Translations under genes and position numbers: made by a program
Notes under the pieces: model-generated
The model's database searches: none
What the model was told of the DNA's origin: nothing
Seen by the model: the letters and a program-made list of their open reading frames with translations, nothing else
NCBI GenBank assembly: GCA_031962025.1
Contig: JAVRKW010000011.1
Length of the DNA stretch: 58,984 bases
Source: Pseudothermotoga sp.
Lineage (GTDB): Bacteria; Thermotogota; Thermotogae; Thermotogales; DSM-5069
Reading direction: 5' to 3' (one strand)
Shown: in pieces, positions 1 to 9,534 of the stretch
How positions within the stretch are numbered: position 1 is the stretch's first letter
Layout: the number at the start of each line of letters is the position of its first letter

Positions 1-191
1 ATAACGGACAGGTTGGAATAGTTTATGGGTTAAGGAGTACAGGATATTTTGACATAAGGACTTTGGCTGGTGAGAAGATACATTCGTCGGTAAAATGGAC
101 AAACTTACGGCTTTTAGAGAAAGCAAAAACATTGATGTTAGAAAGGAGGGAACAGCACATTCTTCATCTTGCAGAAGATGGAGTATCCTAA
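1..191 (+). CDS. iscB: C-terminal end of an IscB-like RNA-guided nuclease (IS200/IS605 family), truncated by window edge
   Basis: Frame from nt 3 reads NGQVGIVYGLRSTGYFDIRTLAGEKIHSSVKWTNLRLLEKAKTLMLERREQHILHLAEDGVS*, matching the recalled IscB C-terminal pattern G.R.xGYFD.R.L.G.KIH....K.L.LLE.A.T...ERR; RuvC/HNH parts lie outside the window. Confidence 0.75.
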   Translation, partial: NGQVGIVYGLRSTGYFDIRTLAGEKIHSSVKWTNLRLLEKAKTLMLERREQHILHLAEDGVS

Positions 192-202
192 ACTGAATGT
201 TG
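1..202 (+). mobile_element. 3' end of IscB-encoding IS200/IS605 element, with subterminal hairpin
   Basis: Hairpin TTCATCTT-gcag-AAGATGGA (163-182); homology with 54675-54745 ends at the shared GTTG|ATGAA. Confidence 0.7.
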
Positions 203-322
203 ATGAACCTACCGTCTTTTTCAGCTTGAAAGAAGAGCTCAAAAAAGCAAAACACAGCTATGAACTCAAAAATCTTTCACGCTCAAGCCAGTGAATTAGC
301 CAAGCTGGTGAATTGAAAAATA

Positions 323-349
323 AAAAAAGAGGGCTTTCGCCCTCTTTTT
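323..349. terminator. Intrinsic terminator, probably bidirectional
   Basis: AAAAAAAGAGGGC-tttc-GCCCTCTTTTT. Confidence 0.8.
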
Positions 350-684
350 GTTCAAAAATGTTATCTTATCGTGAAGTTGAAATTTTTTCAAACCTATCAG
401 ATTGAAAAACTTCGCTTTTTATAAAAAAATAAGGTGTGTGAATTATTTTTTCAAAAGCTTTTATACAGATTCAAAAACCATTTTTCAAAAACTGCTGTAA
501 ATCCTTGTACCAGTTATACCAGCTTTTTGATAGACTCAGAACAACTCATAAACCATACTCTAAATCCTTTTTCCAATCATATTTACCCATACAAGATATC
601 AAAACCAAACCAAAAACTTCTTCTTCTTCAAAAACATTAGACCTATCCCAATATACGTCCTACCTTTTACCAGGATCCCGGTTG

Positions 685-712
685 GCGCCTCCCATTATAT
701 ATTATACGAAAT
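685..712. other. Candidate dif-like Xer recombination site
   Basis: GCGCCTCCCAT-TATATA-TTATACGAAAT: 6-bp TATATA spacer and one arm (rev. comp. ATTTCGTATAA) resembling Xer binding arms; other arm divergent. Confidence 0.35.
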
Positions 713-967
713 GTATAAAACTAACAGTTGAGCCAAAGCCTTTCACAGAGAGCAGAAACGTTAAAATAACGATGTCTTTGCACATCAAAAGCGACATTCA
801 CAAGCACAATTTCATCTGATTTTGAAAAATCAGATCAGATAAGGCATCAGACTCTATTTCCATTGCCCAAACAGTTTTGTTGACGTTTATTTGGCTGAAA
901 AAATTCACTGCACTGTAAGGTTTTGAAGACCACTTAACTTTACAAAATCAAAAGCTTGTGTTAAAAT

Positions 968-990
968 AAAAGGGAGCAAAAGCTCCCTTT
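968..990 (-). terminator. Terminator after tRNA
   Basis: AAAAGGGAGC-aaaa-GCTCCCTTT abutting tRNA 3' end. Confidence 0.75.
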
Positions 991-1065
991 GGTGGGCTCG
1001 GGAGGCTTCGAACCCCCGACCACCCGGTTATGAGCCGGGCGCTCTACCTACTGAGCTACGAGCCC
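990..1065 (-). tRNA. tRNA with CAT anticodon, probably tRNA-Ile2 (lysidine) rather than Met
   Basis: Rev. comp. GGGCTCGTAGCTCAGTAGGTAGAGCGCCCGGCTCATAACCGGGTGGTCGGGGGTTCGAAGCCTCCCGAGCCCACCA folds as a cloverleaf with encoded CCA; Ile2 assignment is inferred from resemblance to Ile2 sequences. Confidence 0.95.
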
Positions 1066-1117
1066 GCAGCAGAAAAGATTATACATCCTGTCCTTGAGAG
1101 TGTCAAGGACTTTTAGG

Positions 1118-1306
1118 ATGGTGGTCAAATTGAAAGCCGACGTGATGAAACTCGATCCGATCAAGAAACTGCTCAAGCGCTATCCACGTATTCTGGTAAT
1201 AAAAGCCGCTCTGATTGTTCTCAGCACCGGTCAGAAAGTCAGTACAGAAAACATAGAAAGAGCAATAAAAGATATAATTGAAGCGAACGAGGAAAGCAGG
1301 GATTGA
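1118..1306 (+). CDS. Small hypothetical protein
   Basis: ORF with protein-like composition directly upstream of tldD; start uncertain. Confidence 0.6.
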   Translation: MVVKLKADVMKLDPIKKLLKRYPRILVIKAALIVLSTGQKVSTENIERAIKDIIEANEESRD

Positions 1307-1342
1307 TTCCCTGCTTTCTGATTGACGAAAGGAGGTCAGATC

Positions 1343-2788
1343 GTGCAGGAAAAATTACAGAAGATTCTGCATTTTCTGAGTTCAAAAGGTGTAAGGTACG
1401 CAGATGTGAGGTACGAAGAACATCTCAATCAGGAGATCAACGTCGAAAACGGAGTACTCAAAGCAATCACAAGCAACTTCAACTCGGGTACAGGAATAAG
1501 GGTTCTGTTTGAGAACGGCTGGGGGTTTGCTGCAAGCGATGAGCGGGGAGAATCTGCCTTGGAAAAGATTGCAAATCAGGCACTCGAAATCGCTCAGACT
1601 TCGAACATGAGGGCGAAAAAACAGGTGAGATTGGCTCCAGAGCCGGTGCACAAAGATAGTTTCAGCTCACCGTATCAAAAAGATCCGTTTGAAATTTCAG
1701 ACAAAGAAAAAATCGAAATTCTAAAAACTGCGACTTTGAAGGCAAAAGAAGTTGAAGGCGTGGCACGCTCAACCGGCTCGATGCTTTTCAGAAAGATCAA
1801 CAAACTCTTTATGAGTACAGACGGTTCTGTCATTGAACAGCATATCATTGTTTCCGGGGCAGGTATCACAGCTCAGGCAGTCACAGAAGATGGTTTTCAA
1901 ATAAGATCCTATCCGGCGAGCTTTGGAGGAGATCACGCGACAAGGGGCTGGGAATTTGTAGAGCAGATGAATCTGGTTGAACATGCACCGAAGATTGCAA
2001 AAGAAGTTGTTGAACTTGTCAGAGCTCCAGAGATCGAACCAAAAGAATACGACATAATCATCAGCGGTAACCAGCTTGCACTGCAGGTACACGAATCCTG
2101 CGGTCATCCGGTTGAACTTGATAGAGTAATGGGATCTGAACTGAGTTTTGCAGGTGGTAGTTTTCTGGATATCAGCAAACTCAATACTTTGAAATACGGA
2201 AGCGAACACGTCACAATAACCGCAGACGCGACAATTCCCGGTGGACTTGGAAGTTTTGGTTATGACGACGAAGGGGTACAGGCACAGAAAACTTTCATAG
2301 TCAAAGACGGTCTGTTTGTTGGTTATTTGATGAACAGGGAAACTGCGGCAGAACTTGGTTTGAGATCTAACGGTGCCGCAAGGGCAGACAGCTGGTCTCA
2401 TCTTCCCATAATAAGAATGACAAACATAAACCTGCTGCCCGGTAAATTCACTCTGGACGAACTCATAGCCGGTATAGATTATGGCTTTTTGCTGGACACA
2501 AATAAAAGCTGGTCCATAGACGATCTGAGGTTGAATTTCCAGTTTGCCACAGAGATCGCCTACGAGATTAAAAACGGCAAGCTAACGGGAAGAATTTTCA
2601 AAAATCCAGTGTATTTTGACATAACACCAAAATTCTGGAACAAATGCGACGGAGTTGCAAATGAGAACTTCTGGCATGTATGGGGCGTTCCAAACTGTGG
2701 TAAAGGTCAGCCAATGCAGGTAATGTACGTGGGACACGGGACAGCACCGGCAAGGTTTAGAAAAGTGAAGGTAGGTGTTAAGCGATGA
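1343..2788 (+). CDS. tldD: TldD family metalloprotease
   Basis: HESCGH (HExxGH) motif, YDDEG, RMTN, C-terminal CGKGQP; SD GGAGGT before GTG at 1343. Confidence 0.95.
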   Translation: MQEKLQKILHFLSSKGVRYADVRYEEHLNQEINVENGVLKAITSNFNSGTGIRVLFENGWGFAASDERGESALEKIANQALEIAQTSNMRAKKQVRLAPEPVHKDSFSSPYQKDPFEISDKEKIEILKTATLKAKEVEGVARSTGSMLFRKINKLFMSTDGSVIEQHIIVSGAGITAQAVTEDGFQIRSYPASFGGDHATRGWEFVEQMNLVEHAPKIAKEVVELVRAPEIEPKEYDIIISGNQLALQVHESCGHPVELDRVMGSELSFAGGSFLDISKLNTLKYGSEHVTITADATIPGGLGSFGYDDEGVQAQKTFIVKDGLFVGYLMNRETAAELGLRSNGAARADSWSHLPIIRMTNINLLPGKFTLDELIAGIDYGFLLDTNKSWSIDDLRLNFQFATEIAYEIKNGKLTGRIFKNPVYFDITPKFWNKCDGVANENFWHVWGVPNCGKGQPMQVMYVGHGTAPARFRKVKVGVKR

Positions 2789-4116
2789 AGACAGAAAACT
2801 TCTACAGAAATCTTTTCAGATTGATGAATGAACATTTTGTTGGGTTGAAATTTTTGAGTGTTGTTTCAAACAGCGAGGGAGCTTTAACCAGATTTGCCAA
2901 CAGCGAGATTCACCAGAATGTCTCTGAGAAAAAAAGTTCTGTGAGCGTCCTTGCCACAAAGGACAACAAAGTGGCTATCGCCACTACCAACGATCTTTCC
3001 ATAAATGGTCTGAAAGAAACAAGAAAAAGGCTCGAACAGATGCTGGAAAATTCAACTCCTTTGGATTACGAGTTCAAACTTCCAGAGGTCTCTATCGGAT
3101 ATCCAGTTGAAAATATCTGTGATTCTGTGAGAAATGCTTCAGCCCAGGACAGAGCCAGAATTTTTGATGAGATTGTCAAAGCATCCGGCAAAGATGTTCA
3201 GGCTTTTGGATATGTAAGCGACAACATCTTTGAGAGTGCCGTCATATCATCAAATGGCATGTTCATATACCAGGCTTATTCGAGTGCCAGTTTCAACTTT
3301 GTAGCGCTGAGCAACTCTGGCAGCGGATATGTTTCTTCGACGGCTCGTGGTTATAAAGACCTTGAGGTTGAAAAAAAGATCGGTAGAGCAATTGAATTTG
3401 CAAAAAAATCGAACAATCCTGTGGAGATTGATCCCGGGCTTTATACAGTTGTGCTTGGACCAGAAGCGGTCAGTGAGCTGTTTTTCTACTTCACCTATCT
3501 GTGCACAAACGGATACATGCATGAACTCAAGATGAGTCCTTCAGTGAGATTTCTGGGACAAAAGATCGGACCTGACAGTCTCAACGTTTACGACGATCCA
3601 ACTCACAGGATGCAGGTGCCGCTGGTCTACGATATGTGCGGGAAAAAACGCGAAAAAACACCAATAATAGAAAACGGCACATTTAAAAATGTACTGTACT
3701 CACACGGTGCCGCTTTGAGATTTGGCAAAAAACCAACAGGTCATACATTCTCACTTGAGGATCTTGATTTTGCGATAGCCGCAAACCTTGTAATCGAAGG
3801 TGGAAGCACGCCCGTTGAAAAGATCATCTCAGATACCAAAAAAGGTATATACATAAACAGATTTCACTACATGAATATCGTGGATCCTTACGAAGCGATG
3901 TTCACGGGAATGACACGAGATGGCACATTTTTGATCGAAAACGGTCAGCTCACAAGGGCTATCAAAAACATGAGATTCAATGTGAAATTTTTTGAATTCA
4001 CACAGAACATCGAGGCAATTTCACAGGAAACAGAATCAACCAGCGGCGAATATTTCCCGGCAATAGCACCGTTTATCAAGGTCAACAATTTCAACTTCAC
4101 TTCTAAAACCGCTTAA
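2785..4116 (+). CDS. pmbA: PmbA/TldE family protein
   Basis: TRFANSEIHQN, TGMTRDGTFLIENG; no HExxxH; overlaps tldD stop. Confidence 0.9.
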   Translation: MKTENFYRNLFRLMNEHFVGLKFLSVVSNSEGALTRFANSEIHQNVSEKKSSVSVLATKDNKVAIATTNDLSINGLKETRKRLEQMLENSTPLDYEFKLPEVSIGYPVENICDSVRNASAQDRARIFDEIVKASGKDVQAFGYVSDNIFESAVISSNGMFIYQAYSSASFNFVALSNSGSGYVSSTARGYKDLEVEKKIGRAIEFAKKSNNPVEIDPGLYTVVLGPEAVSELFFYFTYLCTNGYMHELKMSPSVRFLGQKIGPDSLNVYDDPTHRMQVPLVYDMCGKKREKTPIIENGTFKNVLYSHGAALRFGKKPTGHTFSLEDLDFAIAANLVIEGGSTPVEKIISDTKKGIYINRFHYMNIVDPYEAMFTGMTRDGTFLIENGQLTRAIKNMRFNVKFFEFTQNIEAISQETESTSGEYFPAIAPFIKVNNFNFTSKTA

Positions 4117-4145
4117 AAAATTGGGCGACTTCAGTCGCCCAATTT
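4115..4145. terminator. Bidirectional terminator between convergent pmbA and nadE
   Basis: AAATTGGGCGAC-ttca-GTCGCCCAATTT. Confidence 0.8.
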
Positions 4146-5891
4146 GTTTTCCCATTCTCTGAAGTAATTTGTTATTGGAAGACGTCTGTCCTTACCAAAG
4201 GCACGGTGTGTTATTTTCGGTCCTAAAGGAAGCTGGCGGCGCTTGTATTCACTGCTATCAACCATCCAGGCAACCTTTCGAACGACAGACTCGTCGTATC
4301 CCATTGAAACAATCTCTGCCACACTCTGATCCTGTTCAACATAAGCTTTGAGTATGGAATCGAGCAGTGGATACGGCGGCAGTTTGTCCTGGTCGGTTTG
4401 ATTTGGTCTGAGCTCAGCGCTCGGCGCTTTAACAAAAACGCGGCGCGGTATGATTTCTCTTTTTGCTTTTCTGTTCACATACTCAGCCAGTTCATAAACA
4501 AAGGTTTTATAAACATCTTTTATGACCGCAAACCCACCGGCCGTGTCGCCGTAAAGTGTACAGTAACCCGTACTGCTCTCGCTTTTATTTCCAGTTGTCA
4601 GCACGAGCCAGCCGAATTTGTTCGAAAGAGCCATAAGTATCATTCCGCGAATGCGTGCCTGCAGATTTTCTTCGGTGACATCAAAAGCAAGGTCTTTGAA
4701 CACAGGTTTCAAGGTGTTCAAAAAGCTTTGAAAAATGTCGTTTATGGGTATGATCATGTACCTGATCGAAAGATTCTGGGCTAGTGCACGTGCATCTTCA
4801 AGGCTGTGATCTGAAGAGTATGGACCCGGCATCAAAACGCCGGTCACATGCTCTGGTCCAATTGCATCCACAGCTATGCAGCAAACAAGAGAACTGTCCA
4901 TACCGCCGCTCAATCCAACCACAACATCGGTTATCTTGTTTTTTCTGAGATAATCACGTGTCCCGACAACCAACGCATTGTAAACTTCCGCCACAGGTTC
5001 TAAGTGTTCTTCTATACGCTGCTCGATAAAAGGCTTTTGCTCTGTTTTTTCAAAATCAAGTTTCACAACCTGAACTTTTTCAAAGTCATCCTGCTCAAGT
5101 GCTTTTTTGTCCTGCCTTCGACGCGGATCGCGCAGTCTGGACCTTTCAATGTTGTTCAGGTCAAGGTCTGCTATTAAAAAGTCTTCCTGGAATTGTTTTG
5201 CCCTGGCAAGCACCTCACCCTGTTCGTTTATAACCAAACTTGCTCCATCGAAGACGAGTTCATCCTGACCTCCGACCAGATTCACATACGCGACAACTGC
5301 AAGGTTGTCATTTGCGCGAACAGAAAGCATCCGTTCTCTCCAGCTTAATTTGCCAGAATGGTACGGTGAGGAAGAGATATTTACCAGAACTTGCGCATCA
5401 CCAACAAGCGCCTCAAGTCGTGCAGGACCTCCAGGATACCAGATATCTTCACAGATCGTGATGCCAACACGAACATCACCAAGTACTAAAACAAGCGCTC
5501 TGTCGCCGCGCTGAAAGTATCGAAATTCATCAAAAGCACCGTAATTTGGCAGATAGTTTTTGTGATAAACAGCGGCGATTTTTCCATCGTGAAGTACGGC
5601 AGCCGCGTTGTATATATCGCTGTCTCTGTCAACAAACCCGACGACCGCAACAAGCGACTTTGTGACATACTTTGCCAGTTCACCGACCATCTGGACATTC
5701 TTAGAGACAAAGTGAGGCTTGAAAAGCAAATCTTCAGGTGGATACCCTGTCAACGCAAGCTCGGGAAATGCGACTATATCGGCACCCATTTGCTTTGCCA
5801 GCTCGATTTTCTCAATGATCTTTTTTGCATTGCCTTCTATATCACCTACAACTGTGTTTATCTGTGCAAGTGCTATTCTCAGCCTGCTCAT
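4131..5891 (-). CDS. nadE: Glutamine-dependent NAD+ synthetase
   Basis: N-terminal nitrilase domain (FPEL, ICEDIW) plus SGGMDS, ENLQAR, GNKSE, PSAEL. Confidence 0.97.
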   Translation of the reverse strand: MSRLRIALAQINTVVGDIEGNAKKIIEKIELAKQMGADIVAFPELALTGYPPEDLLFKPHFVSKNVQMVGELAKYVTKSLVAVVGFVDRDSDIYNAAAVLHDGKIAAVYHKNYLPNYGAFDEFRYFQRGDRALVLVLGDVRVGITICEDIWYPGGPARLEALVGDAQVLVNISSSPYHSGKLSWRERMLSVRANDNLAVVAYVNLVGGQDELVFDGASLVINEQGEVLARAKQFQEDFLIADLDLNNIERSRLRDPRRRQDKKALEQDDFEKVQVVKLDFEKTEQKPFIEQRIEEHLEPVAEVYNALVVGTRDYLRKNKITDVVVGLSGGMDSSLVCCIAVDAIGPEHVTGVLMPGPYSSDHSLEDARALAQNLSIRYMIIPINDIFQSFLNTLKPVFKDLAFDVTEENLQARIRGMILMALSNKFGWLVLTTGNKSESSTGYCTLYGDTAGGFAVIKDVYKTFVYELAEYVNRKAKREIIPRRVFVKAPSAELRPNQTDQDKLPPYPLLDSILKAYVEQDQSVAEIVSMGYDESVVRKVAWMVDSSEYKRRQLPLGPKITHRAFGKDRRLPITNYFREWENKLGD

Positions 5892-5986
5892 CTTTTCACC
5901 TCACCAACGGCACACAGATTTTCCAACCTTTAGAGGCTGGATAAATGTGCCAGAGATTTTTGCCTGTTTTAATTCATAGTTGATCT

Positions 5987-7237
5987 TCATTGCAACTGTT
6001 CTACAAACCAATCGCAAAAATCGCCAAGAATACCAAGCTGATCAAACAGGTCAAGAATAGTGTACCGGTCTCTTATCATAGTCGAAATGACAACGGCATT
6101 TTTTATAAAATCCCCATCATATTCTGTGAAAAGCTCCTTTATCCCCATATCGATCAAAGAGGTTTCCACAAGATCATAATACTGCAAATAGAGTGATTCA
6201 AGTAGTTTTTTGACGCCTTTTATATCAATCTTCTGCGCTCTTTTTTTGCCAAGATATGTTTTTTGAAAATCTTTGGCAATCTGCTGTCCAAAAAAGGATA
6301 TCAGCAGATTTTCTCTATCTTTCATGGGAATTTGATTTTCTGAAAAATGAAGATCTTCTAAAAACGCTTTATACGCCTTCAGAGTTATATAAGTTCCCAT
6401 GGCAACCTGAAGTCCGTGAAACAATGGTAACTGTCCCCTGCATTCCTGATACATTTCCATCACATGAGAAATCAGATGTTCTGCCCCTGAAGCTGGTCTT
6501 GAATTACCCACAATGGTTATGTTCAGACCGGATATCAGTTGAACCTTCATCAGATTCAGTACACTCGATCTGTCTCTGTGGAGGATTTTTTTTACATCGA
6601 CCATAACAGCTTTCAAAAGATCTTTCATATTGTCCCACACAAAATCGCAGATATATTCGCCCGTGAGAAAATTCGACAAAATCCAGTCAAGCCTTGCGGT
6701 GATTTTTGATGAAATATCTCCTATTCCGGCTTTTAGAAGATCAGCGGGTGAGTTCACAAGTACATCAGGATCGATCAGGACCTTTTTTGGAATGCCGGCA
6801 TTCAGAGTTTTTTTCACACCTTTGATGATCAATGGAGCCACAGATGAGGTATAGGCGTCAACAGAAGGAGCCGTTGGAAAACAGGAAAAATCGATCTTAG
6901 AGAGATATGCCGAATATCTTGTAATATCCGTTAAACTGCCAGATCCAATAGATACTATATCCTGACAATTCTTATCTTTCAAAAAATCCAGCACCTTCTG
7001 AACATTCTCCATTGTGGCTATGACTCTGTGCGGATCTTTCAGAACAAATGTCCTTTCAGCGGGAACTATGGCAAGCAAAGCGGTGTTCTGATCTGCTATG
7101 AAGATGGCATTATCAAAAAAATCTGTCAGCCTTTCTGACAGGTTCTGGCTATAAACTATTTCTATTGCTGGAACTTCATGAGTTCTGCCACAGCTACACC
7201 TGATGGTCCTACTAAGAAAATCTATCAACCACATCAC
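5987..7237 (-). CDS. sn-glycerol-1-phosphate dehydrogenase (AraM/EgsA family)
   Basis: GSGSLTD, PTAPSVDAYTS, SRPASGAEHLISH, HGLQV motifs; N-terminal CSCGRTH. Confidence 0.85.
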   Translation of the reverse strand: MMWLIDFLSRTIRCSCGRTHEVPAIEIVYSQNLSERLTDFFDNAIFIADQNTALLAIVPAERTFVLKDPHRVIATMENVQKVLDFLKDKNCQDIVSIGSGSLTDITRYSAYLSKIDFSCFPTAPSVDAYTSSVAPLIIKGVKKTLNAGIPKKVLIDPDVLVNSPADLLKAGIGDISSKITARLDWILSNFLTGEYICDFVWDNMKDLLKAVMVDVKKILHRDRSSVLNLMKVQLISGLNITIVGNSRPASGAEHLISHVMEMYQECRGQLPLFHGLQVAMGTYITLKAYKAFLEDLHFSENQIPMKDRENLLISFFGQQIAKDFQKTYLGKKRAQKIDIKGVKKLLESLYLQYYDLVETSLIDMGIKELFTEYDGDFIKNAVVISTMIRDRYTILDLFDQLGILGDFCDWFVEQLQ

Positions 7238-7313
7238 CTATGTTTCATTATACAACCGCGTTTGTTTCTTTTTTGAAAAGTGATTGACTGGCATCTTCCA
7301 CGGTAGTAATATA

Positions 7314-7335
7314 TAGACGTCTAATAGTTAGACGT
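7314..7335. promoter_or_regulatory. Probable MarR operator
   Basis: Palindrome TAGACGTCTA followed by a partial repeat TTAGACGT just after the -10-like TAATAT. Confidence 0.55.
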
Positions 7336-7355
7336 AAAAAGATTGGAGGTATTTT

Positions 7356-7796
7356 ATGTATGACAGTCTTTTGAAAAGGTTTTTCATAATCCAGAGACTA
7401 CATTTTCGGCTCATGCAGGAGGAACTGGAAAAAAGGCAGGTCCATCCCGGTCAGCCACCGATGCTCATACTCATTGAAAAAAATGAGGGTATCACTCAAA
7501 ACGAAATTGCCCGCAAGCTCAATATACGCGCCGCAACTGTTGCCATCATGCTCAAGCGTATGGAAAAGGCTGGCTTGATACGAAAAGATCAGGATGAGAA
7601 TGACAAAAGAGTGCAGCACGTTTATCTGACAGAAAAAGGAAAAAACAACTGTGAATTTTTGAAAGAACAGGCACAGAGAATTGAACAAATTGCCACAGAA
7701 GGTCTTTCTGAAGATGAGAAAAAAGAACTCATGAGGCTTTTAGATCATGTGATTGCAAATTTCAAAAGACATACAAAGGAGTGGTGTCATGACTAA
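7356..7796 (+). CDS. MarR family regulator
   Basis: wHTH with DENDKRV...LTEKG. Confidence 0.93.
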   Translation: MYDSLLKRFFIIQRLHFRLMQEELEKRQVHPGQPPMLILIEKNEGITQNEIARKLNIRAATVAIMLKRMEKAGLIRKDQDENDKRVQHVYLTEKGKNNCEFLKEQAQRIEQIATEGLSEDEKKELMRLLDHVIANFKRHTKEWCHD

Positions 7797-9534
7797 GGTT
7801 TTCAGATATCTCAAACCCTATACCTGGCTGGTGATTGTAACTGTTCTGCTGGTGATCGTCGATTCTTATGTAACTCTCTACTTACCGGATTTGATGTCTC
7901 AGATCGTGGACAAAGGTATAGCAAGAGGCAACGTCGATTATATATGGCAAACTGGTGGCAAGATGTTGCTTGTATCTCTGATTCAGGTTCTGGCAATAAT
8001 TCTGATGAGTTTCACATCCGCAAAAGCCGCTATGGCAGCCGGCAGAGATTTGAGAGACGACCTTTTCAAAAAGATTCAGAGCTTTTCACTGACTGAAATC
8101 GACAAATTCAGCACAGCATCTTTGATCACCAGAACAACAAACGACATAACTCAGATACAACAGGCGCTGGTCATGATACAGAGAATGGTAATAAGAGCGC
8201 CAGTAGTTGCAATAGGCAGTATAATCATGGCAGTCTCGAAAGACGCAAAGCTCACGATGATCCTGCTCGTCACAGTACCGATTGCCCTGGTCGCAATGTA
8301 TTTCATTTTCAGCAAAACTATGCCGCTGTTCAAGAGTATGCAGAAAAAGGTGGACAGATTGAATTTGGTTCTCAGAGAAAGAGTTACAGGCATCAGAGTC
8401 ATAAGGGCTTTCAACAAAGAAAACTATGAAAAGAACAGATTCGAGCAGGCAAATGAAGATCTGACTCAAACCGCGCTGAAGGTAAACAGAATAGGTGCGA
8501 TTATCTTTCCGATCATGATGATCATAATGAACTTCACAGTTATCGCACTGATCTGGTTTGGTGCAAAACAGATAGACCTTGGAAAACTGCAGGTCGGTTC
8601 GATGATGGCGGTTATGCAGTATGTCATGCAGATACTCTTCTCTTTTGTGATGATCTCAGTGATCTTCGTATTTCTGCCACGTGCCTCTGTTTCGGCACAG
8701 AGAGTCGTTGAAGTCCTGCAAACAGAACCAACCGTACACGAACCGCAAGAGCCCGTCATACCTGTCGGGAAAGGTGTAGTTGAATTTGAAAATGTGACAT
8801 TTCAGTATCCGGGTGCCAAAGAAAATGCTCTGGAGAACATTTCGTTCAAAGCTGAACCCGGAAAAGTAACCGCCATTATCGGCAGTACAGGTTCGGGAAA
8901 AACGACCATGCTGAATCTGATTCTCAGGTTTTACGACGCCACACAGGGTAGTGTAAAGATAGACGGTGTAGATGTGCGGAAAATTCCTTTGCAAAAACTG
9001 CGCAGCATGATAGGCTATGCTCCACAAAAAGCGATCATCTTTTCTGGAACCATAGCAGAAAACATAAGATTCGGCAGAGAAGAGCTTACAAATGAAGATA
9101 TATTCAACGCCGCTGAAATAGCACAGGTCAACGAATTTGCACAAAAGATGCCCGAAGGTCTGAACACACTTATCGCACAGGGTGGAACAAATCTATCAGG
9201 AGGACAGAAACAGAGAATCTCAATAGCGCGTGCCATCGCGGCAAAACCAAAAATCTATCTTTTTGACGATACCTTTTCCGCACTCGATTTCAAAACAGAT
9301 GCACGCGTCAGAACAAGGCTGTTCAAAGAGACAAAAGACTCCACTGTGATCATCGTCGCACAGAGGGTCGCAACAATAATGCACGCAGATCAGATCATCG
9401 TTTTAAAAGACGGAAAAATACGCGGAATAGGAACTCACAGAGAACTCATGCAGACAAATGAGGTTTACAGGGATATAGTGCTATCACAGATCTCAGAAGA
9501 AGAAGCAGTTGGAGGTGAACTCAATGGCAAATGA
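7789..9534 (+). CDS. Heterodimeric ABC exporter subunit (degenerate Walker B/H-switch, TM287-like)
   Basis: TMD+NBD; GSTGSGKT, LSGGQ, LFDD instead of DE, AQR instead of AHR. Confidence 0.93.
   Translation: MTKVFRYLKPYTWLVIVTVLLVIVDSYVTLYLPDLMSQIVDKGIARGNVDYIWQTGGKMLLVSLIQVLAIILMSFTSAKAAMAAGRDLRDDLFKKIQSFSLTEIDKFSTASLITRTTNDITQIQQALVMIQRMVIRAPVVAIGSIIMAVSKDAKLTMILLVTVPIALVAMYFIFSKTMPLFKSMQKKVDRLNLVLRERVTGIRVIRAFNKENYEKNRFEQANEDLTQTALKVNRIGAIIFPIMMIIMNFTVIALIWFGAKQIDLGKLQVGSMMAVMQYVMQILFSFVMISVIFVFLPRASVSAQRVVEVLQTEPTVHEPQEPVIPVGKGVVEFENVTFQYPGAKENALENISFKAEPGKVTAIIGSTGSGKTTMLNLILRFYDATQGSVKIDGVDVRKIPLQKLRSMIGYAPQKAIIFSGTIAENIRFGREELTNEDIFNAAEIAQVNEFAQKMPEGLNTLIAQGGTNLSGGQKQRISIARAIAAKPKIYLFDDTFSALDFKTDARVRTRLFKETKDSTVIIVAQRVATIMHADQIIVLKDGKIRGIGTHRELMQTNEVYRDIVLSQISEEEAVGGELNGK

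Noticed and set aside
434..819. ORFs 434-640 and 505-819
   Set aside because: Low-complexity, no SD, explained by compositional skew
350..960. Possible oriC or orphan CRISPR leader in the AT-rich intergenic region
   Set aside because: Only poor matches (3 or more mismatches) to the Thermotoga AAACCTACCACC DnaA box, and no repeat-spacer array
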